From an uncultured Planctomycetaceae bacterium (GTDB lineage: Bacteria > Planctomycetota > Planctomycetia > Pirellulales > PNKZ01): a stretch of DNA of 64,000 nt. The translations under genes were made by a program, and so were the position numbers. The stretch is from assembly GCA_964652155.1 (NCBI GenBank), contig CAZZBK010000006.1, forward strand, positions 24,714 to 88,713, read 5' to 3'. This document shows positions 40,974 through 50,983 of this stretch, piece by piece. The notes under the pieces are model-generated. The model searched no databases, was not told the origin of the DNA, and saw only the letters and a list, made by a program, of their open reading frames with translations. The first letter of the stretch is position 1, and the number at the start of each line of letters is the position of its first letter.

Positions 40974-41135
40974 TAAATGATCGCCGACCACGCGCGTGGA
41001 TGCAAGCGATTGACCTCGCACGGAAAGTGCAGCGGAGACGAGGCCGGTAGTTTTTGGCTTTGCAACCGCGCGGCGATGATTATGCTAATGACACATCCAT
41101 GCCCTCGTGATCTACCCCGCTCCGGAGATGACACC

Positions 41136-41774
41136 ATGCCGCGACCCCCGTTAATAGCGCTGGCAGCGCTGCTGACGATTTCGACCTCGCTCGCTGCCGG
41201 CGAGTTGGGCCCTCCGATCGCGCTGTTCGACGGAAAAAGTTTCGCCCATTGGCAGGGTGACACGCAAAAGACGTTTCGCATCCAGGACGGGGCCATTGTC
41301 GGCGGCACCCTCAAAGAGAAGATTCCGCACAACGAGTTTCTCGCCTTCGAGGGGGAGTTCGGCGATTTTGAGCTGCGGCTAAAATTCAAGGTGCTGGGCG
41401 AAAAAGCCAACGCCGGCATTCAAATCCGCAGCCGACGCATCCCCGACCACTTCGAGATGATCGGCTATCAGGCCGATCTCGGCGACGGCTGGTGGGGGAG
41501 CCTGTACGACGAGTCGCGGCGCCGCAAAGTGCTCGCCACGGCCGACAAAGCGGTCGTCGACAAGGTGCTCCGCCGCGACGACTGGAACGAATACGTCATT
41601 CGCTGCGAAGGCAAACGCGTGCAACTCGCCATCAACGGCCAGCCGACCGTCGACTACACCGAGACCGACGACGCGCTCGAACAACGGGGCCTGATCGCGG
41701 TGCAAATCCACGGCGGACCACCGAGCGAGGCCTGGTACAAAGACATCGTGATTCGCGAGATCAAGCAGCCATGA
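41136..41774 (+). CDS. DUF1080 (3-keto-disaccharide hydrolase family) protein
   Basis: LFDGKSF..W, DFELRLKFK, NAGIQIRS, GYQADL, WNEY and GLIAVQIH motifs. Confidence 0.9.
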   Translation: MPRPPLIALAALLTISTSLAAGELGPPIALFDGKSFAHWQGDTQKTFRIQDGAIVGGTLKEKIPHNEFLAFEGEFGDFELRLKFKVLGEKANAGIQIRSRRIPDHFEMIGYQADLGDGWWGSLYDESRRRKVLATADKAVVDKVLRRDDWNEYVIRCEGKRVQLAINGQPTVDYTETDDALEQRGLIAVQIHGGPPSEAWYKDIVIREIKQP

Positions 41775-42418
41775 ATGAGCGGACCGATCATGCTCCGCGC
41801 CCCCCGCGTGTCGTTTTCTTCGACTTGGGCAATGTGCTGCTGTTCTTCGATCATCAACGCGCCGCGCGGCAACTCGCGGCGTTGGCGGGGGTCGACCCCC
41901 AGCGCATTTGGCAGTTCGTCTTCGAGAGCGACCTGAACCATCGCTGCGACGCCGGGCTCGTCTCGGCCCCCGAGTTTTGCGAGATCTTTCGTCGTGAAAT
42001 GAAATGCCAGACCGACGACGCGGCGATCATCCACGCCTCTAGCGATATCTTTACTCCCAACCTGCCGATGATCGGCATCGCCGCGCAGCTCACGTCGCAG
42101 CGCTATCGCATCGGCATCATCTCGAACACCTGCGACATGCATCGCGCGTTCTTCTGCAGTGGTCGGTACGGGCTTATTCCTGGCGCGTTCAACCCGCTGG
42201 TGATGAGTTATGAGCTGAAGCTGATGAAGCCCGACGCGGCCATTTACCTGCACGCAGCCAAGCTTGCGGGGGTCGAAGCAGGCGAGATATTGTTCGTCGA
42301 CGATTTGGAGCGGAACGTGCTTGGCGCTCGGGCGGCGGGCTTGCAGGCGGTACAATACACGACGCCCCGCGCGTTTGTTGCCGCGCTGCGCTCGGCCGGA
42401 ATCTCCTTGAGCTGGTAA
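41771..42418 (+). CDS. HAD family phosphatase
   Basis: FFDLGNV, ISNT, MKPD and FVDD motifs; ATGA overlap with the upstream gene. Confidence 0.9.
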   Translation: MNERTDHAPRPPRVVFFDLGNVLLFFDHQRAARQLAALAGVDPQRIWQFVFESDLNHRCDAGLVSAPEFCEIFRREMKCQTDDAAIIHASSDIFTPNLPMIGIAAQLTSQRYRIGIISNTCDMHRAFFCSGRYGLIPGAFNPLVMSYELKLMKPDAAIYLHAAKLAGVEAGEILFVDDLERNVLGARAAGLQAVQYTTPRAFVAALRSAGISLSW

Positions 42419-42426
42419 AGGCTGTC

Positions 42427-43218
42427 ATGCGCATCGCCTGCGTTCAAGTCGCATTCAACGAGTCGACGCCGGCCGCGTGCCAGGCGATGGCCTGGGAGTT
42501 GCTCGGCCAAGCGACGGGGCACGACCTCGTGCTGCTGGGCGAAATGTGGCCCTGCGGCTACTTTGGCTTCGAACACTATGCGACCGTTGCCGAACCGCTC
42601 GACGGTCCGCTCATGCGACAACTCTCTGCACGCGCTCGATCGCTGGGCGCATGGCTGCTCGCAGGCAGCATTCCCGAGCGGGACGGCGAGCGGCTCTACA
42701 ACACCTCCGTGTTGTTCGACCAGCATGGCACGCTCGTCGCCCATTATCGCAAAGCGCATCTGTTCGGCTACCAATCGCGCGAGCCGGAGTTGCTCACGCC
42801 GGGCAACACACCGGTTGTGGTCGACACTCCCTGGGGCCGCGCGGGGTTGGCCATCTGTTACGACCTGCGGTTCCCTGAGTTGTTTCGCCTGCTCGTCGAT
42901 CAGGGCGCGTCCATGTTCCTCGTCACGTCCGCCTGGCCCCGGGCGAGACTCGAGGCCTGGCGGCTGTTCACCCGCGCGCGAGCGGCCGAGAACCTCGCCC
43001 TGCTCGTGGCTTGCAACAGCGCGGGGGTCGATCACGGTCAGGCCTACGCCGGGCACAGCCTCGTCGTCGCGCCGACGGGAAACATCCTGGCCGAGGCCGG
43101 CGAGGGGGCCGCGATCATCAGCGCCGAGTATGACCCACGGCAGATCGCCGAGCTGCGCGCAAGTTTCTCCGCGCTCGCGGATCGGCGGTTCGGCATCACG
43201 TCTCCCAATCAGACTTAA
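42427..43218 (+). CDS. Carbon-nitrogen hydrolase (nitrilase/omega-amidase family)
   Basis: E-K-C triad in GEMW, YRKAHLF and ICYDLRFPE. Confidence 0.9.
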   Translation: MRIACVQVAFNESTPAACQAMAWELLGQATGHDLVLLGEMWPCGYFGFEHYATVAEPLDGPLMRQLSARARSLGAWLLAGSIPERDGERLYNTSVLFDQHGTLVAHYRKAHLFGYQSREPELLTPGNTPVVVDTPWGRAGLAICYDLRFPELFRLLVDQGASMFLVTSAWPRARLEAWRLFTRARAAENLALLVACNSAGVDHGQAYAGHSLVVAPTGNILAEAGEGAAIISAEYDPRQIAELRASFSALADRRFGITSPNQT

Positions 43219-43233
43219 CGAGCGAGAGACTCC

Positions 43234-44445
43234 ATGAGTGCGGCCGACTTGCCTCTCGCCGGGATTCGCGTGCTCGATCTGTCGCGCGTGCTGGCCGGGC
43301 CCATATGCACCCAATTGCTCGCCGACCTGGGCGCGGACGTTGTCAAAGTCGAGCGACCCGGCCTGGGGGACGACACGCGCCAATGGGGACCACCCTTCGT
43401 CGACGCCGAACAGAGTGCGTACTATTTATCGTGCAATCGAGGCAAACGCTCGCTCGCACTCGACCTGGCACATACCGACTGCCACGACGTGCTCGACGAG
43501 TTGATCCGTCGCGCCGACGTGCTGGTGGAAAACTTTCTGAGCGACTCGCTGACTCGGTTGGGCCTGACGGCCGATCGGCTCGCCATGCTCAATCCGAACT
43601 TGGTGAGCGCGTCGATCTCGGCCTTCGGACGCACTGGCCCCGGCGCTCATCTGCCCGGCTACGATTTGATGATCCAAGCCGGCAGTGGCCTGATGTCGAT
43701 CACCGGAGCCGCCGATGGCGAGCCGATGAAGGTTGGTGTCGCGATCAGTGACGTGCTCACCGGGTTGTTCACCGCCGCCAGCGTGCTCGCGGGGCTCGTG
43801 GGACGCGAGCGCGGACAGGGAGGCAAGGCGTTCGACCTGGCGCTGGCTGATTGCACGCTGGCCAGCCTGGTCAACGTGGCGCAGGCCACGCTTGTGACCG
43901 GGCAGGCACCGCGCCGCTGGGGAAACGCTCATCCGCAGATCGTCCCCTACGAAGCGTTCGCCACCGCCGACGGACACTTGGCCCTGGCCATCGGGGCCGA
44001 TCGACAATGGCAACGCTTCTGCGCCGCGATTAACCAGCACGGTTGGCCCAGCGATCCGCGTTTTGCCACGAACCCGCAACGGGTTGCCCATCGCCGCGAA
44101 CTCATCGACTTGCTGCGCGTCGAGCTGGCGAGCCGCTCGACGCAGGCTTGGCAGTCGATCCTTACGCAGTCCGATATCCCGCACTCGCCGGTACTGCGCG
44201 TCGACGAGGCGCTCAGCGGTCCGACAGTGGCCGCGCGCGAGATGGTGACTGACGTGGTCGGCGCCGACGGCACGCGATACCGGCTGCTGGGGAGCCCGGT
44301 GCATTGGCGCGACGAAGCTCCGCGTCGACCCACGGCTCCGCCGCGCGTCGGCGAGCACACGCGCGAGGTGCTCCGGGAGTGGCTGTCTTACGCCGAGGCG
44401 CAGATCACCGCGCTGTGCGCGAGCGGCGCCGCGAGCCAACGGTAG
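43234..44445 (+). CDS. CaiB/BaiF class III CoA transferase
   Basis: LAGIRVLDLSRVLAGP, LGADVVKVE, NRGKRS, VENF and GYD motifs. Confidence 0.93.
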   Translation: MSAADLPLAGIRVLDLSRVLAGPICTQLLADLGADVVKVERPGLGDDTRQWGPPFVDAEQSAYYLSCNRGKRSLALDLAHTDCHDVLDELIRRADVLVENFLSDSLTRLGLTADRLAMLNPNLVSASISAFGRTGPGAHLPGYDLMIQAGSGLMSITGAADGEPMKVGVAISDVLTGLFTAASVLAGLVGRERGQGGKAFDLALADCTLASLVNVAQATLVTGQAPRRWGNAHPQIVPYEAFATADGHLALAIGADRQWQRFCAAINQHGWPSDPRFATNPQRVAHRRELIDLLRVELASRSTQAWQSILTQSDIPHSPVLRVDEALSGPTVAAREMVTDVVGADGTRYRLLGSPVHWRDEAPRRPTAPPRVGEHTREVLREWLSYAEAQITALCASGAASQR

Positions 44446-44463
44446 GGAGCCATCCGCACGCGG

Positions 44464-45525
44464 TTAGGGCATCTCGCGCACCACGCGAAAGCCGATATAA
44501 CTGAAACCGTCACCGGCTTCAGCAAACGAGCGGGTCGCCGAACGGCAACTGATCGGGCTGACATACCACGAACCGCCACGCAACGACCGCCAGTCACCGT
44601 ACTGATGTTGCGGCGTGGTCTCGGGGCCGTGAGGGTCGATCGAGATCACGGGCTGCTTGGCGAGACGCAACGCCTGCAACTCCTTTTGCCGAGTGGCGTA
44701 GAGGCGGTCGTAATACCGATCGCGACACCACTCCCAAACGTTGCCGTGCATGTCATACAGTCCGAAGGCGTTGGGCTTGTAACGGCCGACCGGCGCGGTA
44801 TAGACGACGCCATCCCCCTCGTCGCGGCCGAGCCGGTCTCCGCGTTGCCGCGAGACGGTGCCAGGATGCTGAGCTTCGAGCGCTCCATCGCCGACGTTGC
44901 CGTGAGCGTAGGCCGCGTCGGGCTCATCACCCCAGGAGTAAATAGACTCGGTGCGGGCGCGACACGCGAATTCCCATTCGGCCTCGGTGGGCAAACGATA
45001 CACGGCACCGTCACGTTTCGTAAGCCACTCGCAAAATGCGCTTGCGTCATGCCAACTCACGCATACGACCGGGTGCTCATCGGTCTGCTCGAACCCTGGA
45101 TTGCGCCAGGAGGCTTGTTTCTCGGGGGTGAAGCGCTCGGTCTCGTTCTTCACGCTGGGATGCAGCACGTAGGCACCGCGGCCTGATTTCTCTGCCTCGG
45201 TCAGATAACCGGTCGCGGCGACAAACGCTTGGAACTGACCCACGGTCACTTCATGCGTGGCGATGAGAAACGGCTTGGTGAGCCGCACCGGTAGCGCGGG
45301 CCGATCGTCGTCGAACCCCTGGCCGATTTGAATGCTGGTGGGATGATGGGCGGCCACTTTGTTGGCGCTCGCTTCGCCCATGACAAACTCGCCGGAGGGA
45401 ATTTGCACCAGCTTCATGCCCAGCGCGTTGCTTATCGTCGGCAGCGGCGGCTCGGCGTGTGCGAGACGCGCGACCCAGGCGATCGACAGGCCGACGCAAG
45501 CCAGTTGGCGTGTGAGGTTATGCAC
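44464..45525 (-). CDS. Formylglycine-generating enzyme (FGE/SUMF1) fold protein, secreted
   Basis: HEVTVGQF, HPVVCVSW, RLPTEAEWE, YDMHGNVWEW, RGGSW and GFRVV motifs. Confidence 0.9.
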   Translation of the reverse strand: MHNLTRQLACVGLSIAWVARLAHAEPPLPTISNALGMKLVQIPSGEFVMGEASANKVAAHHPTSIQIGQGFDDDRPALPVRLTKPFLIATHEVTVGQFQAFVAATGYLTEAEKSGRGAYVLHPSVKNETERFTPEKQASWRNPGFEQTDEHPVVCVSWHDASAFCEWLTKRDGAVYRLPTEAEWEFACRARTESIYSWGDEPDAAYAHGNVGDGALEAQHPGTVSRQRGDRLGRDEGDGVVYTAPVGRYKPNAFGLYDMHGNVWEWCRDRYYDRLYATRQKELQALRLAKQPVISIDPHGPETTPQHQYGDWRSLRGGSWYVSPISCRSATRSFAEAGDGFSYIGFRVVREMP

Positions 45526-46837
45526 CGATCAACTCCTTGATCGGGCCGGGACTGTCTTGGAACGATCCCGCGATGGGGACCTGTAGTCGGTCGAGCATCG
45601 TATGCCAGAGGCCCGAGAGGGGCATATTCTTCAGTTTGAGATGCCCCTGATGCTGCATGCCCAGTCCGCGGCCCCCCGAGACGATCGTGGGGAGTTGATC
45701 TTTGCTGTGCCCCATGCCCATGCCGCTCGACAGCCCCAGCACGGTGTGGTCGAGCAGCGTGCGGTCCCCCTCGTTGATGGACTTGAGTCGATTGAGAAAA
45801 TAGGCCCAGTGCTGCATGTAAATGGTGTCGACCTTGGCTAGCTCTTCGAGATTTTGCGGGTCGTTGCCGTGATGCGTGAGCGAGTGATAGTCCTTCGAGA
45901 CGCCGAACTCGGGATACACGCCTCCCGACAATTCTTTTCGCACGACATAGCTCACCACCCGGGTCGAGTCGGTCTGAAACGCCAACACGATCAGGTCGTA
46001 CATGAGCTTGGCGTAGTCGTCGTACAGAAAGGCTCCGTTTCCTTCGGGTTTGATGGATTTTCCGAAGTCGCCAAGCCCGGCGGTGTTGGGAGTTGGCTTG
46101 TCTTTGCCGGACCACGATATGCGCCGCTCGAGTTGTTTTTCGAGTTCGCGAATGGAATTGAAGTACTGTTCGAGTTGTTGTCGGTCGGCCGAGCTGACCC
46201 GCGCATTCAATTGCCTGGCGTCCTCGTTGACCAAATCGAGCACGCTTCGTCGACGGCGAAATTCTTGATCGCGCTGCGCCACCTCGGCGGCACTGTCGGG
46301 CCGAAACAGTCGGTTGAACAACACGTGCGGATCGTTTTCCGCGGCGAGGGGCACTCCTTGCTCATTCCAGGAGATCGTGGCGAGCGCCTGTGAGCCGAAA
46401 TTCGTGCCCCGGTCAACCGACAATTGCAGCGATGCGTAGCGTGTATCGCGGCCCACCACCGCGGCGGCGATCTGGTCGGGCGACACACGCTGCTTCTCTC
46501 CTTTGGCAATACCGGTCGAGAAGGGGTAGGCGCCGTCGTGCCCGCCCCCTTTGTTGAGCATCGTGCCCGAGAGCATCGTGAACTCGCCCCGCAGCGGATC
46601 AAGCGGCTTGAGGATGCGGGTGGAAGTGAAGTTGGGACCGAAGTCTTCGGGGGTCAATTGCCACATGTTCATGCCGGTGCCAAAGTAGAACATGCCCATG
46701 CGAGCAGGGGGCTTGGGCGTTGCGGCGGCCAGCACGCTCGAAGGCATCATGGCTTCGAGGTAAGGGAGCGCGAGCATCGCGCCCGCGCCGCGCAAGAAGG
46801 CATGCCGCGGCAAACGAAAGGGTTGGCTGATTGACAT
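45518..46837 (-). CDS. DUF1552 domain protein
   Basis: FLRGAGAMLALPYLEAM, SPDQ, LAFQTDSTRV and YHSLTHH motifs. Confidence 0.9.
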   Translation of the reverse strand: MSISQPFRLPRHAFLRGAGAMLALPYLEAMMPSSVLAAATPKPPARMGMFYFGTGMNMWQLTPEDFGPNFTSTRILKPLDPLRGEFTMLSGTMLNKGGGHDGAYPFSTGIAKGEKQRVSPDQIAAAVVGRDTRYASLQLSVDRGTNFGSQALATISWNEQGVPLAAENDPHVLFNRLFRPDSAAEVAQRDQEFRRRRSVLDLVNEDARQLNARVSSADRQQLEQYFNSIRELEKQLERRISWSGKDKPTPNTAGLGDFGKSIKPEGNGAFLYDDYAKLMYDLIVLAFQTDSTRVVSYVVRKELSGGVYPEFGVSKDYHSLTHHGNDPQNLEELAKVDTIYMQHWAYFLNRLKSINEGDRTLLDHTVLGLSSGMGMGHSKDQLPTIVSGGRGLGMQHQGHLKLKNMPLSGLWHTMLDRLQVPIAGSFQDSPGPIKELIGA

Positions 46838-46882
46838 GATTCGGTGAGACTTTCGTCGTGAGGGTTGGTAACGATCCGCCGC

Positions 46883-49432
46883 TTATTTTTTTAGGAATGC
46901 GTCACTCTGCACAATCGCCTTGATCATACTCCGCAATGTATGGCCGTTCTCGGCCGCGTGCCGCGCGATCGACTCGATCGTGCCGCGATCGGCGGGCTCG
47001 ATCGGTCGGCCGAGCGCGTAGGTGAGCATTTTCTCGGCGAGCCCTTGTAAGAATCGGTCTTTTTGGCCCATTAACAACTGTTTGAATGCGACCGGATCGG
47101 CAAATTCCTGGCCATTGGGAAGCCGGCCGCTGGCATCGATGAGCGGAGCCGTCTTGCCACGAAATTCTTCGCCGTTTTGCTGCGTGCGCCATGCGCCGAT
47201 CGCGTCGTAGTTTTCCAAGGCCAGGCCATATGGGTCGATCGTGCGGTGACACGCGGCGCAGCTCGCGATTTGCTGATGTTGCAACAGCCGATCACGGACC
47301 GTGAGGTTTTTGCCCTGAATGTTCGGTTCGATCTCGCCGACGTTTGGCGGGGGCGGATCAGGCGGGTCGTTGAACAGCACCTCGCGCACATACACGCCGC
47401 GCCGCACCGGCTTGGTCCGAGTGCCGTCAGAGCCGCGGAGCATGACCCCCGCGTGGCCCAGTAGTCCGCCGCGATGGCTCTCGCCCGGCAACGTGACATG
47501 CCGAAACTCGTCTCCCCGCACGCCATCCACGCCATAAAACCGGGCCAATCGCTCGTTGAGCATCGTCCAATTGGAGTCGATAAAGTTCAACACGCTGCGG
47601 TCGTGACGCAATATCTCCGCGAAGAATTGCAGCGTCTCGTCCACCATCGCCTGGCCCAGCGAAGCGTTGTAGTTGGGATACAATCGCGGGTCGGGCGTAA
47701 AGTTCAAATACTCGCCGGTCCGCAACCACTGGGCCGCAAAACTGTCGACGAGTGCGCGCGACTTGACGTCGGCCAGCAGGCGGTCGACCTGTGTCGACAA
47801 TACCTCGGGGCGCTTGAGCTTGCCGTGCCGTGCCAAATCGAACAGCGTCTCGTCAGGCATGCTCGACCAGAGGAAGTACGACAACCGCGAAGCGATTTCG
47901 TAGTCGTTGAGCGGTTGGAGTTGTTCACCGGCAGGCTCCGCCAAATAGATGAACTTGGGCGAGGTCAGCACGGCCACGAGTCCCGCGCGAATGGCGTCTT
48001 CATATCGCACGCCCTGATCGAGTTCTTGCTGGATGAGTCGAACGATCGGCTCGACTTCCGTGGGTTCGATGGGGCGTCGCCAGGCGCGGGGCATGAACTG
48101 CTCGAAGATCGCCCGCGCGTAGGCCAAGTCTTGGGCCGCATCGGCCGCCTTGAAAAACAGCGCGCGATGACTCTTGGGAGGCCACTGCTCATAAAGTGGA
48201 CCTTCAAGTTCGATCCAATCGAGATGCAATCGCGGCAGTTGATCGCGATCGAGCGCGGCCAGATTCGGTTTTCCGCCCGAGATCAAACCTTCGCTCATCA
48301 TGCGACCCCGCAGTCGCAGCAATTCAGCCTGCTGGTTGCGAGCCCCAGCTTCGGCAATCCCTTTTTCCATCTGACCATTGGGCGGGTTGTAAACGAACAG
48401 CTTGGTCCCGTTGAGCAACTGCACATCGAGTTCTTGACCACCGGGGGAAGCGAGTGGCACGAGCAACTCGAACGTCTGGGGTGATTCTGGAGGTGCGGTC
48501 ACATCCGTCTCGAGCAGCACCTCGTCGCCGCGCCGCAGCCGAATGCGCACCGGCGAGTCGCGGAGCGCCTGCGAAGCGGCGGCGCGCAGACGAATGGCAT
48601 ACATCCCTTTGACCGGGATCATGGTGCGCGTTTTGGGATACAAGAACTCGCCAAACGATCGTGCGCCGCCGTCGAGCAACACGACATCATGCTCGCGGCA
48701 TTGAAAATCCGGCTTGCTGCACAAATAGTCGATCGCTCGATTGCGAGCCGTGTCCTCAAACTCGAAGCGCTTCTTGTGCGTGGCCACCTCGGGCGGACCC
48801 GTGACGATCGCCTGCTCGGCAATCCGCGATGCAACTTCGTAGTACTTTTCCAACAGCGAGGGGTCGAGCATCAGCGCCGCGCCGACTTTGTCGAACCCTT
48901 CGGCCGTGCCGTCGGGAGGCAGAAACTCGACCGGATTTTCGCCGGGCAAGAAGTTCAGGCTGAGCAAGTCGCGGATGGTGTTTGCGTACTCGACACGGTT
49001 CATGCGCCGCAACACGACGCGCCCGCTGCCGCTGAGCGACTGCCGCGCGGCATGCCGCAACTCGGCGGCGAGCCAACGCGCGACCGCTCGGACTTGCTCG
49101 GCACCCGGCCGGGGCTCGCTATCCGGCGGCATCTCGCCAAGATTGATGCGATCCATGACTTCGATCCAATGCCGCGCCGATTCCGTTGCCGTGAAGTTCA
49201 CAGCCAACGTGTCGAGCCGCAACTTGCCCGCTTGCTTCGCCGGGCCATGACAACGCAGGCAATGCGCCGCTAGAAACGGCCGCACCTGTGCGTCGAACTC
49301 CGCGGGCGCGAGGAGTCCTGCCTCACGCGGCTTCGAGGATGCCGGTTGCTCGGCAGCCTCGGCGTTGCTGGTCAGCAGCGCGGCCGTGACGATCCACAGC
49401 CAAGCGGCATATCGGCGCAAAACGGTGGACAT
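46883..49432 (-). CDS. DUF1592/DUF1588 family diheme cytochrome c protein
   Basis: CLRCH, RRMNRVEYANT, RLSYFLWSSMPD, PVRRG and CAACHRTIDP motifs; alternative start at 49495. Confidence 0.92.
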   Translation of the reverse strand: MSTVLRRYAAWLWIVTAALLTSNAEAAEQPASSKPREAGLLAPAEFDAQVRPFLAAHCLRCHGPAKQAGKLRLDTLAVNFTATESARHWIEVMDRINLGEMPPDSEPRPGAEQVRAVARWLAAELRHAARQSLSGSGRVVLRRMNRVEYANTIRDLLSLNFLPGENPVEFLPPDGTAEGFDKVGAALMLDPSLLEKYYEVASRIAEQAIVTGPPEVATHKKRFEFEDTARNRAIDYLCSKPDFQCREHDVVLLDGGARSFGEFLYPKTRTMIPVKGMYAIRLRAAASQALRDSPVRIRLRRGDEVLLETDVTAPPESPQTFELLVPLASPGGQELDVQLLNGTKLFVYNPPNGQMEKGIAEAGARNQQAELLRLRGRMMSEGLISGGKPNLAALDRDQLPRLHLDWIELEGPLYEQWPPKSHRALFFKAADAAQDLAYARAIFEQFMPRAWRRPIEPTEVEPIVRLIQQELDQGVRYEDAIRAGLVAVLTSPKFIYLAEPAGEQLQPLNDYEIASRLSYFLWSSMPDETLFDLARHGKLKRPEVLSTQVDRLLADVKSRALVDSFAAQWLRTGEYLNFTPDPRLYPNYNASLGQAMVDETLQFFAEILRHDRSVLNFIDSNWTMLNERLARFYGVDGVRGDEFRHVTLPGESHRGGLLGHAGVMLRGSDGTRTKPVRRGVYVREVLFNDPPDPPPPNVGEIEPNIQGKNLTVRDRLLQHQQIASCAACHRTIDPYGLALENYDAIGAWRTQQNGEEFRGKTAPLIDASGRLPNGQEFADPVAFKQLLMGQKDRFLQGLAEKMLTYALGRPIEPADRGTIESIARHAAENGHTLRSMIKAIVQSDAFLKK

Positions 49433-49618
49433 GAGCGTGGCACGGAGCCTTTCGGACAGATGGAATGAACGCGTCTCGTCAGTCTGGTTTATCATAATCG
49501 ACTCCCAGGGCTAATGCAGCCGACGGGGCCAAAACGCCCGGCAAAATATCCCCTCCAGGCTTCACGCGTAGGTTACAATCATGGACGCTGACTGGTTGAC
49601 TATGGAGGAGCTGCCCAC

Positions 49619-50983
49619 GTGCCTATTTCCAGAAGAAAATTTTTGCGCGCCAACGGGGCGATCATCTCGCTGCCGTTTTTACATTCATGGGCTGGCGCGG
49701 CGAAGCAGGCCGTCGGCGCGGCCAAGCCCAGCCAGAAGTTGGTGATCGCGTATATTCCCAACGGCATTGTGCGGCGCTGTTTTTTTCCGGGCGAAGAACA
49801 GGCTGAATTGCCTGGCTTCATCGGCGGCTTCAATGCGGACAAAACGAAAGACGAACGGCGCTTTAAGAACACGCCCGGCATTTATCCGCTCCCGTTGACC
49901 TCCACCTTGGAACCGTTGGCCGAGCACGCTCGCGATATCACGCTGATTACCGGTTTGGATCGTTCCTATAAGAACGGCCAAGACGTGCATGCGCAAGGGG
50001 CGTCGTGCTATTTGACCAGTTTGTCTCCCAGTCAGGCAACAGCCAAGGGCATTCGTCACCCCAACGGTCGCACCTTGGATCAAGTGATCGGCGACGCCGT
50101 CGGTCATACGACCATCTTCAACACGCTGGAGATCAGCTGCAACGGTTTTACGGCGGGTAAAGAGCCACTCGAGTTCGACAACATCTCGTGGTATGGTCCG
50201 AACAAAGTCGCGCCGTCGATTCGTGAACCGCAGCGGCTCTACGATCGGCTGTTTCTGCGCGACAGCTATCGCACGCACGTCGCCGACGTCACGGACCTCG
50301 TGCTGTCCGACGCCAAATCGCTGGCCAACAAATTGGCGCGCGACGATCGTGAAACGCTCGATCAGTTCATGACCATGATTCGCGACATTGAAGTCCGCAT
50401 CGCGAAAATGCAAAAACTGCTCTCGAAGGTGGATCTCAAAATTCCGCAGAACGAAGTGCTGCCGCGCGGCGAATACATCCGGCTGCAAGCAGACCTGATG
50501 TTGCTCGCTTTTCAGATGGGAATCACCAACGTCTGCACGTTCATGATCGGCCCGGAACGCTGGGACGCCACGCTCATGTACGAAGGGGTGTTCGACAAGC
50601 CCGTGCAGCACCATAGCATGACGCATAACCAAAAAGGGGAGGGCTACAAAGCCGTCCAAAAGATCGACCTGTTCCACATGCAACAGTACGCCTACCTGAT
50701 CCAGCGCATGAAGGAGATCAAGGAAGCCGATGGCAGTTGCCTGCTCGACAACTCCCTAATTGCCTATGGCGCCGGATTAGGCGATGGTGCCACGCATCAG
50801 TACTACGATCTGCCGATGATCGTCGCGGGCAAGGCGCAAGGCCAGATCAAGCAAGGCCGACTCATCCGATGCAAAAGTGGCACGCCCCACTCGAACCTGT
50901 GGTTGACGTTCGCCCGCCTGATGGGTTTGGAGATCGATCAATATGCCGACAGCACGGCCGTGGTCTCCGATCTGTGGAGTTAA
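49619..50983 (+). CDS. DUF1552 domain protein (Tat signal)
   Basis: ISRRKFLR, YIPNG, TLDQ, LAFQMGIT and HHSMTH motifs. Confidence 0.9.
   Translation: MPISRRKFLRANGAIISLPFLHSWAGAAKQAVGAAKPSQKLVIAYIPNGIVRRCFFPGEEQAELPGFIGGFNADKTKDERRFKNTPGIYPLPLTSTLEPLAEHARDITLITGLDRSYKNGQDVHAQGASCYLTSLSPSQATAKGIRHPNGRTLDQVIGDAVGHTTIFNTLEISCNGFTAGKEPLEFDNISWYGPNKVAPSIREPQRLYDRLFLRDSYRTHVADVTDLVLSDAKSLANKLARDDRETLDQFMTMIRDIEVRIAKMQKLLSKVDLKIPQNEVLPRGEYIRLQADLMLLAFQMGITNVCTFMIGPERWDATLMYEGVFDKPVQHHSMTHNQKGEGYKAVQKIDLFHMQQYAYLIQRMKEIKEADGSCLLDNSLIAYGAGLGDGATHQYYDLPMIVAGKAQGQIKQGRLIRCKSGTPHSNLWLTFARLMGLEIDQYADSTAVVSDLWS

Noticed and set aside
50737-50982. ORF-track N-terminal extension of the DUF1592-LamG gene
   Set aside because: Overlaps the DUF1552 gene; the signal peptide begins at ATG 50983
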